64,000 bases of DNA. It comes from Eledone cirrhosa. Taxonomy: Eukaryota. The notes under the pieces were generated by a model. The model was not told the origin of the DNA. It saw only the letters and a list, made by a program, of their open reading frames with translations, and searched no databases. The DNA is taken from the NCBI GenBank assembly GCA_964016885.1, contig OZ024740.1, forward strand, positions 393,576,001 to 393,640,000, given 5' to 3'. The position numbers and the translations under genes are program-made. Shown one piece after another: positions 1-11,745 of this stretch; the stretch's first letter is position 1, and every line of letters begins with the position of its first letter.

Positions 1-1185
1 GTGTCCCGGCAAGGTGTCTAAGATGGGTTTGAGTATTCTGGCTCGGAGCCATGAAATTTTGTAGAGTGGTCCTTCCACGCTCGATACAATGGGCCTGATC
101 TTCAGGTCGGGTCCCTGTTTGTGTGTTTTCACGAGGTGGTAGAAGGTGGGTAGTCTGCTGTTCCTCGTGTGGAGGTTGTATCTCAGCTTCTTCGGGATCT
201 TTCGCCCGTCGCAGATGTTGGTCCAGGCGGCGTTGATGTGCTCTTCTATCTGCGCAGGAGTGATTCCCGTGACCTTGGAGTAGAGGTTGTCATCGTCAAG
301 GTGTTGGAGGGCCAGGGTGTTGTAGGCCTCTCTGCTGATGACGCAGAATTCTTTTCCCTTGTCGGAGGGGAGGTAGATGAGGTTCTTTGATTTTAGGTTG
401 GAGAGAGTGGTGAGTTGAGATTTGGTGAAGTTGTGTGTTGTGTGTGTGTGTGTGTGTGTTTGTGAAGTATATCCGAGATGGAGTGTTTTAGCCTGATGAG
501 TTTAGTGTCGAGTTCGTGGTTGGTGGGTGGGGGGCTGGAGTGGGTTGTCGAGGTAGTAAGTGGGGAACTTGGGGTGGGTTGCTTAGGCGATGTTGATGGC
601 GGTCACCCATTTAAGTTGGTAAGCGGCTCGACAAAAGTTGGCCTCGATGTTGAGTTTGAGTCTGTCGTCGAGTCGTTGTGAGATGATGAACTTGGGTCCG
701 AGGTGTAGGAGTTTCAGCTCGTCGCTCGTGAGAGTGCCGGTTAGGTCGGTGACCGGGTGCGTCGCATCGTTGAGGTGTGGCTCGGTGTTGGTGGATGCGA
801 TGGTGGCGGTTGTTAAGTTGTTGTTTTCAATGTGGTTCTGGTTCGTCTGTTCGTTAGTGTCGATGTTCTCGTTGCGGAGTTTAGACAAGATCCACTCATA
901 TTTCCGCTTGAGCCGTTTTTTCTGGTATTGGACTCTGGAGTGGTAGCACTGGTCGATTGCTTTAGTGATTTTCAGGAGCAAGTCTCCGGGTGCTATTGGC
1001 AGTCGATGTGTCCGCTTATGGATGTGTAATTGGCGGTTGAGATGTCTCAGGATCTGTTTAATACACGTGCGATGTATGCGGTTAGTGGTGTTTTGGAAAG
1101 CTGGTGTACGTAGGCTTACTGGTAAGCGGATGTTCCTGATGGTGTTGGGGATGACATCGTTTTTTAGGCAGCATTTCTCCACCAC
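1..1185 (-). pseudogene. Penelope-like element (PLE) ORF, N-terminal region and start of RT; runs off the window edge; one in-frame stop at 583-585
   Basis: ORF 583..1185 (CCLKNDVIP...LLHLGPKF) continues in the same frame past one TAA to base 1, reading NLIYLPSDKGKEFCVI...PTFYHLVKTHKQGPDLKIRPIVSSVEGP. These are the PLE DKG motif and the FYxxxKxHK...RPIVS RT motif. Confidence 0.85.
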
Positions 1186-1718
1186 CGGATCTTGTTACCC
1201 GAAGATTTACCGATCTGCATTGTCGAGGCTTCCAAACGACTTAAAGAAATTTACCTTATTATTCCACAAAGCTTCAAGCAAACTTCAATACTCTCTTATA
1301 TATATATTAGTATTGGTGCTCTGAAATAGTGATGTATACATGAATATATGTATAGTATATTTGGCAATATACTGTATGTTTAATTAAAAACATTTAGAAG
1401 ACCATTCGCTATGAGTTTTAAAGTAGTGACTATGTCACTTATTCTTGACAAATAACAACAGAGAGTGATCACTCTGTCGATCCGTATATAAGCTGACCCA
1501 ACCTATTTTATGCCTGAAAAATAGGCAAAAAAAACCCCTCATTTATTAAGCCAAGGCAGCTAATCAACACATTATCTTTAGATGGCATGATTTTAAAATT
1601 CTCATAAATATAAAATATATTTATGAAGATTTAATATTTTGATGCTTAAAATGTGTTAAGTGTCATTTAGAGTGAGAGTTTTTGTTTCCCAACTACATTA
1701 CATTTACATTTACATTAC

Positions 1719-3849
1719 ATTTAAAGATATTTTACTCAACGCCTACAACAGTAAAGAAGAACAGATACAGACATTTAATGTAGAAGAGAACTGGGAGTTC
1801 CTAAAAAATAATTTACTAGAGGCGACGGATGAGGTCTGTGGCTGGAGTAAGACCTCAAGCAGGAGGAGAGTGACTTGGTGGTGGAACAATAAGGTAGATG
1901 AAGCAGTTAAGGCCAAGAGACAGGCATGAAAAGAATGGAAGAATGGGGGGAGCAGGGTACATTACATAGACACCAAGAGGGAAGCTAGGTGACAAGTATA
2001 CTTAGCTAGGAGGGAAGCAGAGGATAGAAAATTCAAGCATGTTTTGCAACGTGAGGACCAGAAACAGGAGGTATTCAAGATTGCGAGGCAGTGTGTCAGA
2101 GATAGTTGTGATGTCATTGGAGAGAAGTGTATCCGGAATGATAAAGGTGAGCTTGCCCTCACAAGTGCTGAGAAGAAAGATGCATGGAAGAGTCATTATG
2201 ATAGATTACTAAATGAGGAGAATGCATGGGAAGAAGAGACCCTACCCCAAGTAAACCCTATAGAGGGGCCAGCAGTACAAGTCAGCAGCAGCGTAGTAAG
2301 TAAGGCAATCAAAGATATAAAGATGGGGAAGGCAACCGGTCCATCAGGTATAGCTGCCGAGATGCTGAAGGCATCTGGGTCTGTAGGTCACACTATAACC
2401 ACACGTATTGTTAACCAGGTAATACTAGAAGGTGTCATACCAAAAGATTGGTGCAGTAGCATCATTGTCAACTGCTACAAAGGTAAAGGCGATGTACTAG
2501 ATAGAGGAAACTATAGAGGTATAAAGTTGATGGACCAGGTCATGAAAGTAACAGAAAGAGTTATAGCACAGTTGATTAGGGACCGGGTGAAAATAGACGA
2601 GATGCAATTTGGGTTTGTACCAGGAAGAGGCACCACTGATGCCCTCTTCCTTGTGAGGCAATTACAGGAAAAGTACCTAGCTAAAAGTAAGCCACTCTAC
2701 TTGGCATTTGTCGACCTTGAGAAAGCCTTTGACAGAGTTCCACGTGCTGTAATCTGGTGGGCTCTTAGAAAACTAGGAGTAGATGAATGGCTTGTGAAAG
2801 CGGTACAAGCCATGTATAGGGGAGCAGTCAGCAAAGTTAGGATTAGCAATGAGTATAGCGAGGAATTTAGCGTACAGGTTGGGGTCCACCAGGGCTCTGT
2901 TCTTAGCCCCCTCCTGTTCATCATAGTTCTGCAGGCAATAACGGAGGAGTTTAAGACCGGATGCCCATGGGAACTCCTGTATGCTGATGACCTCGCACTC
3001 ATAGCTGAATCTATGGTAGAACTAGAGAATAAATTCCAAACCTGGAAGCAGGGACTAGAAAGAAAGGGTCTCAAAGTCAACATGACAAAGACTAAGGTCC
3101 TTGTAAGTAGACGAGAAAACAGAACCCAGATCCCCTCAGGGAAATGGCCTTGCTCAGTATGTAGGAAAGGTGTAGGTAGGAACTCCATTCTCTGCCCCAA
3201 ATGCAAACAATGGGTACACAAGAGATGTAGCGGGATCTCAGGAAGCTTAATTAAGAATGTAGGATTCACATGCAGCAGCTGTACTGAGACAGCAAGCAGC
3301 AAACAGCCACAGGAAACAAGTACCACCAATCTCTGGGAGGGCCCTGTAGAAACAGTAGACAGCTTCTGCTACCTAGGTGACTGAATTAGCAACGGAGGTG
3401 GCTGTTCAGAAAGTACAATAACTAGGGTAAGAACGGGATGGAAGAAGTTTAGGGAACTACTACCACTGCTAGCTGCAAAAGGCTTCTCCCTCAGAATGAA
3501 AGGCAGACTGTATGATGCGTGTATCCGAACAGCAATGTTGCATGGTAGTGAGACCTGGGCGCTGAAGGTGGATGTGTAACAGTAATATACGTGAACGACA
3601 AAGCATAAGAGGAATCAAATGCGCTGGTATGGACATATGATGCGTATGAAGGATGACAGCTGCATAAAAAGGTGCAGAGCACTAGAAGTTGATGGAAACC
3701 GTGGAGTGGGGAGACCCAAGATGATCTGGGATGAGGTGATAAAAGCCGACCTTACCCAATTACACCTCTCAAAGGCAATGACACACGACCGTGACTTCTG
3801 GCGTCACGCAGTAATACAGAGTACCCGACCTCCCATGGGTACAAGCTGA
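1719..3849 (+). mobile_element. 5'-truncated, decayed RTE-clade LINE
   Basis: Colinear fragments: TWWWNNKVDEAVKAKRQA (pre-RT), the RT ORF 2044..3384, in-frame continuation RVRTGWKKFRELLPLL...MLHGSETW after a TGA, and the C-terminus RWYGHMMR...RGVGRPKMIWDEVI. Several stops and a deletion. Confidence 0.92.
2044..3384 (+). pseudogene. RTE reverse transcriptase domain with embedded PHD-type zinc finger (3151-3282)
   Basis: RT motifs NYRGIKL, QFGFVPGRGTTDA, FVDLEKAFDRV, GVHQGSVLSPLLF, LLYADDL, FCYLG. C4HC3 pattern CSVC...CPKCKQWVHKRC...CSSC. Confidence 0.9.
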
Positions 3850-3879
3850 AGCATATAGACAATATGCCCCCACACCCCC

Positions 3880-4142
3880 CACCGCAAGGTGGTCATGGAG
3901 GTGCCACGGCAAAAAAACACCCAGCCCACACTGTAAAGTGGACATGTAGGCGCGACGAAAAAGCACCCAGCACTCACTGTAAATGAGGTTGGTGTTAGGA
4001 AGGGCATCCAGCTGTAGAAATCAAGCCAGATCAGTTCCTGTATGAGCAAGGCATAGTCAGCTGACCAGACACTGCCCACAACAGGACAACCCGTCTAATC
4101 CATGCTAGCGTGGAAGAACGGACGTAAAACGGTGATGATGAT
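3880..4142 (+). mobile_element. 3' part of tRNA-SINE family A with RTE-type tail and (GAT)n end
   Basis: Shares GTGCCACGGCAAAAAA...GTTAGGAAGGGCATCCAGCTGTAGAAATCAAGCCAGA with the full copy at 13023-13380. Ends GGACGTAAAACGGTGATGATG. Confidence 0.75.
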
Positions 4143-4158
4143 TACATACTGCTTTTTA

Positions 4159-4500
4159 ATATCATCATCATCTTCTTCACCCACTTATTTCTGAGAGGGT
4201 CGTGGGGGCAGAGTCCTCAAACACTCCTTCCAGTATATCCAGACAGAAGCAAGTGACTCCAACTGATATGGCTGGATCCCCAAGCAAGACCAGCCAAGCT
4301 CATAGATGGTATCCAACCATCTGGCTTGGGGTCTACTCCTGTGTCTCCTGGTGGTTGGTTTTCCCCGTAAAACCTATCCTATGATTCTTTCCTGAGACAT
4401 TTTAGCCACATGCCCATAATATCGAAGCTATTACCTCAAATTCAGAAAAGTAGGGGCTCTACCTGAAGCGACTCTCTGATTTCTGAGCTACGTACTCTGT
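4159..4500 (-). mobile_element. 3' end of an Expander/Rex3-like RTE LINE (decayed)
   Basis: Minus strand reads LRYYGHVAKM...RSRPQARWLDTI...WKECLRTLPPRPSQK*, followed by a (GAT)n tail. It lies tail-to-tail with the element at 3880-4142. Confidence 0.7.
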
Positions 4501-4733
4501 TGAGTATTTGACAAGCTGACTACCTCACAGTCAGGACTACGAGGAATAATTGGGTAAATTTTGCTTATTTTTTCTTTACAGTTATAATGATATATAGCTC
4601 TGATTAATTATTTATTTATTTAATTATTCAGGGCTACAAGTAAAAACACACACACACACACACATATATATTTAAACATATATATATAAAGAATGAATAA
4701 TAACAGGTAGACATCATAAAAAGGTAGTTTATT

Positions 4734-4856
4734 CTGTGTGCTTACAAGTGTTTCCACGGTGGTGCTGCAGCCTAGTTCCGCTACGTGCAAATTCACAAGT
4801 ATTTGCAGAACTCGAATATCCAATGATGTGACCACTGTTTCCTCAGAGCAGAATGG
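4734..4856 (-). ncRNA. Type I hammerhead ribozyme, left pLTR copy
   Basis: Reverse complement of the motif at 11746-11868 (CTGAGGA...GAAACACTTGTA), with a few substitutions. Confidence 0.7.
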
Positions 4857-5341
4857 TAAATATACAATGTAAAAACCCTTAAGTGGGGTTGTTGGGGAAG
4901 ATAGAGTGGAACAGGAAGAGAGAAAAGTAGGGAAGAAGGAGAGAGAAAGAAAGATATGCAGGGGTTGGAGAAGTAGGAGAGAGTGGCTTGTAGATGTCTT
5001 AATCAAAATGTTATGGTAGGGGTTTTATTAGTTACTTTTGGAGAGATGCTTAGATAGTTGAGGTCGGAATTATTTATTGCCCCAGAGGGCAGGTTCATAA
5101 ATGTTGAGAGGGAGGTAGGTCAAAGGTGAGAGAGAGAGAGTGTAATGGATGTAGAGAGAGATATATAGGTAGAGAGGGGACAGATAAATATGTGTGGTGA
5201 GTGAACTTTTGGTTTTGTAGTAGTATTCTAGGAGTTGTACTGAGTTACCATGTATAGTGATAAGCAGTGCATTGTCTTGTAGTGTGGGGGGAAGAGAAGG
5301 TTGTTAGCTAGAAAGTGGTGTTGTAGTTACGGGTTCGAATG

Positions 5342-7671
5342 TTAAGTTATTTTATAGTGAGAGAATTTAGCTTTTAGTTTGTGGTTGCAGTATAATGATC
5401 GTTCAATTCTATCGTTAAGTAGTTTGTTTTTGGATTTTAGTATGTAAAATAGCTCAAGGTTACATAACCTGCAGTACTTCAAACCACTCCGATATGCATT
5501 TGCGCTGGAAAGTATATCCCATTTTAAGGTGAACTGTTGGTTGTGTTCACGGAGTTGCCAGGTCTTGTTGGCGAGCGTGGTCACAAAGCGGTGATTCTGA
5601 TGTTTGATTGAGAATCGATGACGGTACCAGCGAGATTTAAACGATGTGGTGGTAGATCCAATATAATACCATTTCTGGTCGTCCGATTCAACCGTGCATT
5701 GGTAAACAATGTTGGACTTTAGGCATTCATTCTGCAATGGACATCTTTCAGGTAGATGGCAGTTACATGCTTTGTTGTGGGTAGCGGGTACACCATGGAT
5801 AGGTTGTGATAGCGGTACAGGTGGGTTGTGCAATACCCGTCTCCCATTTAGTGGTTGGGAGGCAGATATTGCGTTCTGCCTATCTGTTACTAAAATGTTT
5901 TGTTTTGTAGAGTTATTTAATTGCCTTAAGTTAAGTTTTTTTATGTATGCTTCAAGGTTTGGTGCCGTGGAGTATGATAGTCTAATAGTTTTGGAGTTCA
6001 GAATTTTGCTGTACTTATGGGAACTAGGGAAGTGTTTATTGATTAATTTAAAGAATGAAAGAGATAGTTTTGTACTAATCGAGGCATTAAAAATAGGATT
6101 ATACCAGATATACTTTCTACGTGATTTATTTGGTGGTGATCTTCTATTATTAGTATGTCTGGTAGTACAGTGTGTGTGTGCTTGTGTTTTAGTCCCCCGG
6201 TTACGTATACCTTGATTACGTGTAGAGCTATGTGTGTTGTGGAAATTACTATCGATGTATTCTATTGTATCCCGGTGGTCAGCATTCCTTAATGCATTAT
6301 TGTAGTATTCAGGATGTTCGCTAAATATATCAGAGTTAGACGATAGGCGAGAGATTCTAAGAGAAATACTCCGGGGAACTGATTTGATCATGGAGAGTGG
6401 GTGGTTAGAGTTAAAGTCAATATACGTAAGGTTCTCATTTACCTTGTGGAAGGGTCGTATCTGTCCGGTATTTAAATTAAGAGTTACGTCCAGAAAGTTT
6501 ACTACCTTAAGATTGTATTTGTATGTTATTTTTAGACCCAGTTCACTAAAAGATTTTCTAATATTTTTCCGTAGCCTTTCAAGATTTTGGTTATTCAAGT
6601 TATTAACTAATAAGAGCCCGTCATCTCTGTATATCCCCCCCCCCCCTGTAGATTACTAAATCTACTATGTAATATGTGGGCTATGTAAATTCCAACGAGA
6701 TCCGTGACCTCCGCCGAGTCGTTGGAACCCATGGTAATATCGAAATTTGTGGGTCTGTCCTTACGTTCCCAGTAGCAGTTATCGAACTTAATAATGGTTT
6801 TTCTAGCCTCGAGAATAATATTAATTTCGTCCTCTGTTAGGTCGGAATTGGCCTTAGCAAACGATAGGGCCTTACGTAAAGTGCTTGGTGAGATGGAAGA
6901 GTAGTATTCGTCTATGTCAAATTGTATAAACTTAGATTTATTCTTATTCTTAACATTATTAAACCAGCGAATTGCTTCGCTAGTGTTGCCCCATAATTTA
7001 ATTTCAATTTTCTTTTTCACTTGAGTTATTACTCTGTCAAGTATATGTTTACTAATTTTCCCTATGTCTGATTTAGAAGGGCATATAAGTCTAATCTTAG
7101 GGTTAGAGTCAAAATTTACCTTATGGTCCTTCAGGTTGAAGGTGGGGGTAGCGGGTATAATCGGCTCGGTTCTATCGTCTATCTTGAGATTCTTTACCAT
7201 TTTATATGCCTCGTTGTTAATATTTGCTAGCGTAGTTTCATTTGTTTTTCTATATTTTTTGTGTAGTTCGTTGCGTATGAAGTTATTATACGTATCGATA
7301 TCCATGGTATACACGTTCGAAGTCTTGTCAGCTTTCACAACAATTCCATTGGTATTTTGCAATCTTCGGAGTAGTGCTTTCATGTTGTTCTGCAGCTCAT
7401 TATTTCTATGTCTGTTGAACTTAATGTTCATGGTAGTTTTCAATAAGTCCTGTTTGAAAGCTTCGAGGTGAGGGTTTGTAGGTGGGTTTTTACATGATTT
7501 AAAACCATATGATTCAGACGAGTGACTGGTGCGTCCTTTATCGAAGTGGAAAGCTTTCCATCGTACACGCCGAATGAAGTCGTTACTGCGTTGAATCATA
7601 CTGAGAATATATTCCCTTTTGTTAGGTATAGGTATGTTTTTAAGTGACATACCTATATGATGCCTTTCCAT
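5342..7671 (-). pseudogene. PLE RT + GIY-YIG ORF, frameshifted copy (ORFs 6607..7671 and 5342..6598)
   Basis: Near-identical to 8933..11260, but the G7 run before IYRDDGL is G12 here (C run 6635-6646). One Cys codon is missing (SRRKY vs SRCRKY), and there are a few substitutions. Confidence 0.93.
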
Positions 7672-7895
7672 ATTAATGCCGTGTGTCAGTGTGGTTTCTC
7701 AACTGAGTAGGAGGCGATTATTAGGTATAGGATTATCCAAGATGTAGTGATGGTTAATTACTACACTGGATATGGTTGAGGTACGGTGAGAGGTTACTCT
7801 ACGAGTTATGGAAGAATTGTTCAAGAAACTTAGTTCCTGATCCTTCAGTGTTCCGGAGTGTATATAAAGAATGAATAATAACAGGTAGACATATT

Positions 7896-8018
7896 CCATG
7901 TGCTTACAAGTGTTTCCACGGTGGTGCTGCAGCCTAGTTCCGCTACGTGCAAATTCACAAGTATTTGCAGAACTCGAATATCCAATGCTGTGACCACTGT
8001 TTCCTCAGAGCAGAATGG
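7896..8018 (-). ncRNA. Type I hammerhead ribozyme, internal pLTR copy upstream of the left ORF
   Basis: Reverse complement of 11746-11868. Confidence 0.72.
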
Positions 8019-8503
8019 TAAATATACAATGTAAAAACCCTTAAGTGGGGTTGTTGGGGAAGATAGAGTGGAACAGGAAGAGAGAAAAGTAGGGAAGAAG
8101 GAGAGAGAAAGAAAGATATGCAGGGGTTGGAGAAGTAGGAGAGAGTGGCTTGTAGATGTCTTAATCAAAATGTTATGGTAGGGGTTTTATTAGTTACTTT
8201 TGGAGAGATGCGTAGATAGTTGAGGTCGGAATTATTTATTGCCCCAGAGGGCAGGTTCATAAATGTTGAGAGGGAGGTAGGTCAAAGGTGAGAGAGAGAG
8301 AGTGTAATGGATGTAGAGAGAGATATATAGGTAGAGAGGGGACAGATAAATATGTGTGGTGAGTGAACTTTTGGTTTTGTAGTAGTATTCTAGGAGTTGT
8401 ACTGAGTTACCATGTATAGTGATAAGCAGTGTATTGTCTTGTAGTGTGGGGGGAAGAGAAGGTTGTTAGCTAGAAAGTGGTGTTGTAGTTACTGGTTCGA
8501 ATG

Positions 8504-8918
8504 TTAAGTTATTTTATAGTGAGAGAATTTAGCTTTTAGTTTGTGGTTGCAGTATAATGATCGTTCAATTCTATCGTTAAGTAGTTTGTTTTTGGATTTT
8601 AGTATGTAAAATAGCTCAAGGTTACATAACCTGCAGTACTTCAAACCACTCCGATATGCATTTGCGCTGGAAAGTATATCCCATTTTAAGGTGAACTGTT
8701 GGTTGTGTTCACGGAGTTGCCAGGTCTTGTTGGCGAGCGTGGTCACAAAGCGGTGATTCTGATGTTTGATTGAGAATCGATGACGGTACCAGCGAGATTT
8801 AAACGATGTGGTGGTAGATCCAATATAATACCATTTCTGGTCGTCCGATTCAACCGTGCATTGGTAAACAATGTTGGACTTTAGGCATTCATTCTGCAAT
8901 GGACATCTTTCAGGTAGA
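8504..8918 (-). pseudogene. 3' fragment of the PLE ORF (GIY-YIG endonuclease) in the upstream partial unit
   Basis: LPERCPLQNEC...YYIGST...HYKIT is identical to the C-terminus of the full ORF. It is cut at the inversion junction. Confidence 0.9.
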
Positions 8919-8932
8919 CACACGGCATTAAT

Positions 8933-11260
8933 ATGGAAAGGCATCATATAGGTATGTCACTTAAAAACATACCTATACCTAACAAAAGGGAATATATTCT
9001 CAGTATGATTCAACGCAGTAACGACTTCATTCGGCGTGTACGATGGAAAGCTTTCCACTTCGATAAAGGACGCACCAGTCACTCGTCTGAATCATATGGT
9101 TTTAAATCATGTAAAAACCCACCTACAAACCCTCACCTCGAAGCTTTCGAACAGGACTTATTGAAAACTACCATGAACATTAAGTTCAACAGACATAGAA
9201 ATAATGAGCTGCAGAACAACATGAAAGCACTACTCCGAAGATTGCAAAATACCAATGGAATTGTTGTGAAAGCTGACAAGACTTCGCACGTGTATACCAT
9301 GGATATCGATACGTATAATAACTTCATACGCAACGAACTACACAAAAAATATAGAAAAACAAATGAAACTACGCTAGCAAATATTAACAACGAGGCATAT
9401 AAAGTGGTAAAGAATCTCAAGATAGACGATAGAACCGAGCCGATTATACCCGCTACCCCCACCTTCAACCTGAAGGACCATAAGGTAAATTTTGACTCTA
9501 ACCCTAAGATTAGACTTATATGCCCTTCTAAATCAGACATAGGGAAAATTAGTAAACATATACTTGACAGAGTAATAACTCAAGTGAAAAAGAAAATTGA
9601 AATTAAATTATGGGGCAACACTAGCGAAGCAATTCGCTGGTTTAATAATGTTAAGAATAAGAATAAATCTAAGTTTATACAATTTGACATAGACGAATAC
9701 TACTCTTCCATCTCACCAAGCACTTTACGTAAGGCCCTATCGTTTGCTAAGACCAATTCCGACCTAACAGAGGACGAAATTAATATTATTCTCGAGGCTA
9801 GAAAAACCATTATTAAGTTCGATAACTGCTACTGGGAACGTAAGGACAGACCCACAAATTTCGATATTACCATGGGTTCCAACGACTCGGCGGAGGTCAC
9901 GGATCTCGTTGGAATTTACATAGCCCACATATTACATAGTAGATTTAGTAATCTACAGGGGGGGATATACAGAGATGACGGGCTCTTATTAGTTAATAAC
10001 TTGAATAACCAAAATCTTGAAAGGCTACGGAAAAATATTAGAAAATCTTTTAGTGAACTGGGTCTAAAAATAACATACGAATACAATCTTAAGGTAGTAA
10101 ACTTTCTGGACGTAACTCTTAATTTAAATACCGGACAGATACGACCCTTCCACAAGGTAAATGAGAACCTTACGTATATTGACTTTAACTCTAACCACCC
10201 ACTCTCCATGATCAAATCAGTTCCCCGGAGTATTTCTCTTAGAATCTCTCGCCTATCGTCTAACTCTGATATATTTAGCGAACATCCTGAATACTACAAT
10301 AATGCATTAAGGAATGCTGACCACCGGGATACAATAGAATACATCGATAGTAATTTCCACAACACACATAGCTCTACACGTAATCAAGGTATACGTAACC
10401 GGGGGACTAAAACACAAGCACACACACACTGTACTACCAGACATACTAATAATAGAAGATCACCACCAAATAAATCACGTTGTAGAAAGTATATCTGGTA
10501 TAATCCTATTTTTAATGCCTCGATTAGTACAAAACTATCTCTTTCATTCTTTAAATTAATCAATAAACACTTCCCTAGTTCCCATAAGTACAGCAAAATT
10601 CTGAACTCCAAAACTATTAGACTATCATACTCCACGGCACCAAACCTTGAAGCATACATAAAAAAACTTAACTTAAGGCAATTAAATAACTCTACAAAAC
10701 AAAACATTTTAGTAACAGATAGGCAGAACGCAATATCTGCCTCCCAACCACTAAATGGGAGACGGGTATTGCACAACCCACCTGTACCGCTATCACAACC
10801 TATCCATGGTGTACCCGCTACCCACAACAAAGCATGTAACTGCCATCTACCTGAAAGATGTCCATTGCAGAATGAATGCCTAAAGTCCAACATTGTTTAC
10901 CAATGCACGGTTGAATCGGACGACCAGAAATGGTATTATATTGGATCTACCACCACATCGTTTAAATCTCGCTGGTACCGTCATCGATTCTCAATCAAAC
11001 ATCAGAATCACCGCTTTGTGACCACGCTCGCCAACAAGACCTGGCAACTCCGTGAACACAACCAACAGTTCACCTTAAAATGGGATATACTTTCCAGCGC
11101 AAATGCATATCGGAGTGGTTTGAAGTACTGCAGGTTATGTAACCTTGAGCTATTTTACATACTAAAATCCAAAAACAAACTACTTAACGATAGAATTGAA
11201 CGATCATTATACTGCAACCACAAACTAAAAGCTAAATTCTCTCACTATAAAATAACTTAA
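8933..11260 (+). CDS. Intact PLE polyprotein, 775 aa: reverse transcriptase + GIY-YIG endonuclease (Naiad-like)
   Basis: N-terminal SLKNIPIP...FIRRVRWKAFHF...YGFKS; KADKT; FDIDEYYSSI; ITMGS; YRDDGL; NFLDVTL; IWYNP; CNCx5C-x5-C linker; IVY...YYIGST...FKSRW...H; C-terminal CRLC...E...N...CNH. No stops. Confidence 0.95.
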   Translation: MERHHIGMSLKNIPIPNKREYILSMIQRSNDFIRRVRWKAFHFDKGRTSHSSESYGFKSCKNPPTNPHLEAFEQDLLKTTMNIKFNRHRNNELQNNMKALLRRLQNTNGIVVKADKTSHVYTMDIDTYNNFIRNELHKKYRKTNETTLANINNEAYKVVKNLKIDDRTEPIIPATPTFNLKDHKVNFDSNPKIRLICPSKSDIGKISKHILDRVITQVKKKIEIKLWGNTSEAIRWFNNVKNKNKSKFIQFDIDEYYSSISPSTLRKALSFAKTNSDLTEDEINIILEARKTIIKFDNCYWERKDRPTNFDITMGSNDSAEVTDLVGIYIAHILHSRFSNLQGGIYRDDGLLLVNNLNNQNLERLRKNIRKSFSELGLKITYEYNLKVVNFLDVTLNLNTGQIRPFHKVNENLTYIDFNSNHPLSMIKSVPRSISLRISRLSSNSDIFSEHPEYYNNALRNADHRDTIEYIDSNFHNTHSSTRNQGIRNRGTKTQAHTHCTTRHTNNRRSPPNKSRCRKYIWYNPIFNASISTKLSLSFFKLINKHFPSSHKYSKILNSKTIRLSYSTAPNLEAYIKKLNLRQLNNSTKQNILVTDRQNAISASQPLNGRRVLHNPPVPLSQPIHGVPATHNKACNCHLPERCPLQNECLKSNIVYQCTVESDDQKWYYIGSTTTSFKSRWYRHRFSIKHQNHRFVTTLANKTWQLREHNQQFTLKWDILSSANAYRSGLKYCRLCNLELFYILKSKNKLLNDRIERSLYCNHKLKAKFSHYKIT

Positions 11261-11745
11261 CATTCGAACCCGTAACTACAACACCACTTTCTAGCTAACA
11301 ACCTTCTCTTCCCCCCACACTACAAGACAATACACTGCTTATCACTATACATGGTAACTCAGTACAACTCCTAGAATACTACTACAAAACCAAAAGTTCA
11401 CTCACCACACATATTTATCTGTCCCCTCTCTACCTATATATCTCTCTCTACATCCATTACACTCTCTCTCTCTCACCTTTGACCTACCTCCCTCTCAACA
11501 TTTATGAACCTGCCCTCTGGGGCAATAAATAATTCCGACCTCAACTATCTACGCATCTCTCCAAAAGTAACTAATAAAACCCCTACCATAACATTTTGAT
11601 TAAGACATCTACAAGCCACTCTCTCCTACTTCTCCAACCCCTGCATATCTTTCTTTCTCTCTCCTTCTTCCCTACTTTTCTCTCTTCCTGTTCCACTCTA
11701 TCTTCCCCAACAACCCCACTTAAGGGTTTTTACATTGTATATTTA

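Larger units (their letters stand above)
4684..8918 (-). mobile_element. Penelope-like (Naiad-type) element, left arm: partial upstream unit (GIY-YIG end + pLTR, ~7687-8918), ORF copy, and 3' pLTR (4684-5341)
   Basis: Reverse complement of the 8917-12078 unit. The segment 4684-5755 is repeated directly at ~7860-8918, the partial tandem (pLTR) structure typical of PLEs. Confidence 0.95.

Noticed and set aside
5709-10893. Antisense ORFs over the PLE ORFs (5709..6215, 7064..7471, 9133..9540, 10384..10893)
   Set aside because: Shadow frames of the real ORF with no motifs.
8933-11260. Selenoprotein recoding, known in some Naiad PLEs
   Set aside because: The ORF has no in-frame TGA and ends in TAA. 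The UTR structure is better explained as a hammerhead than a SECIS.
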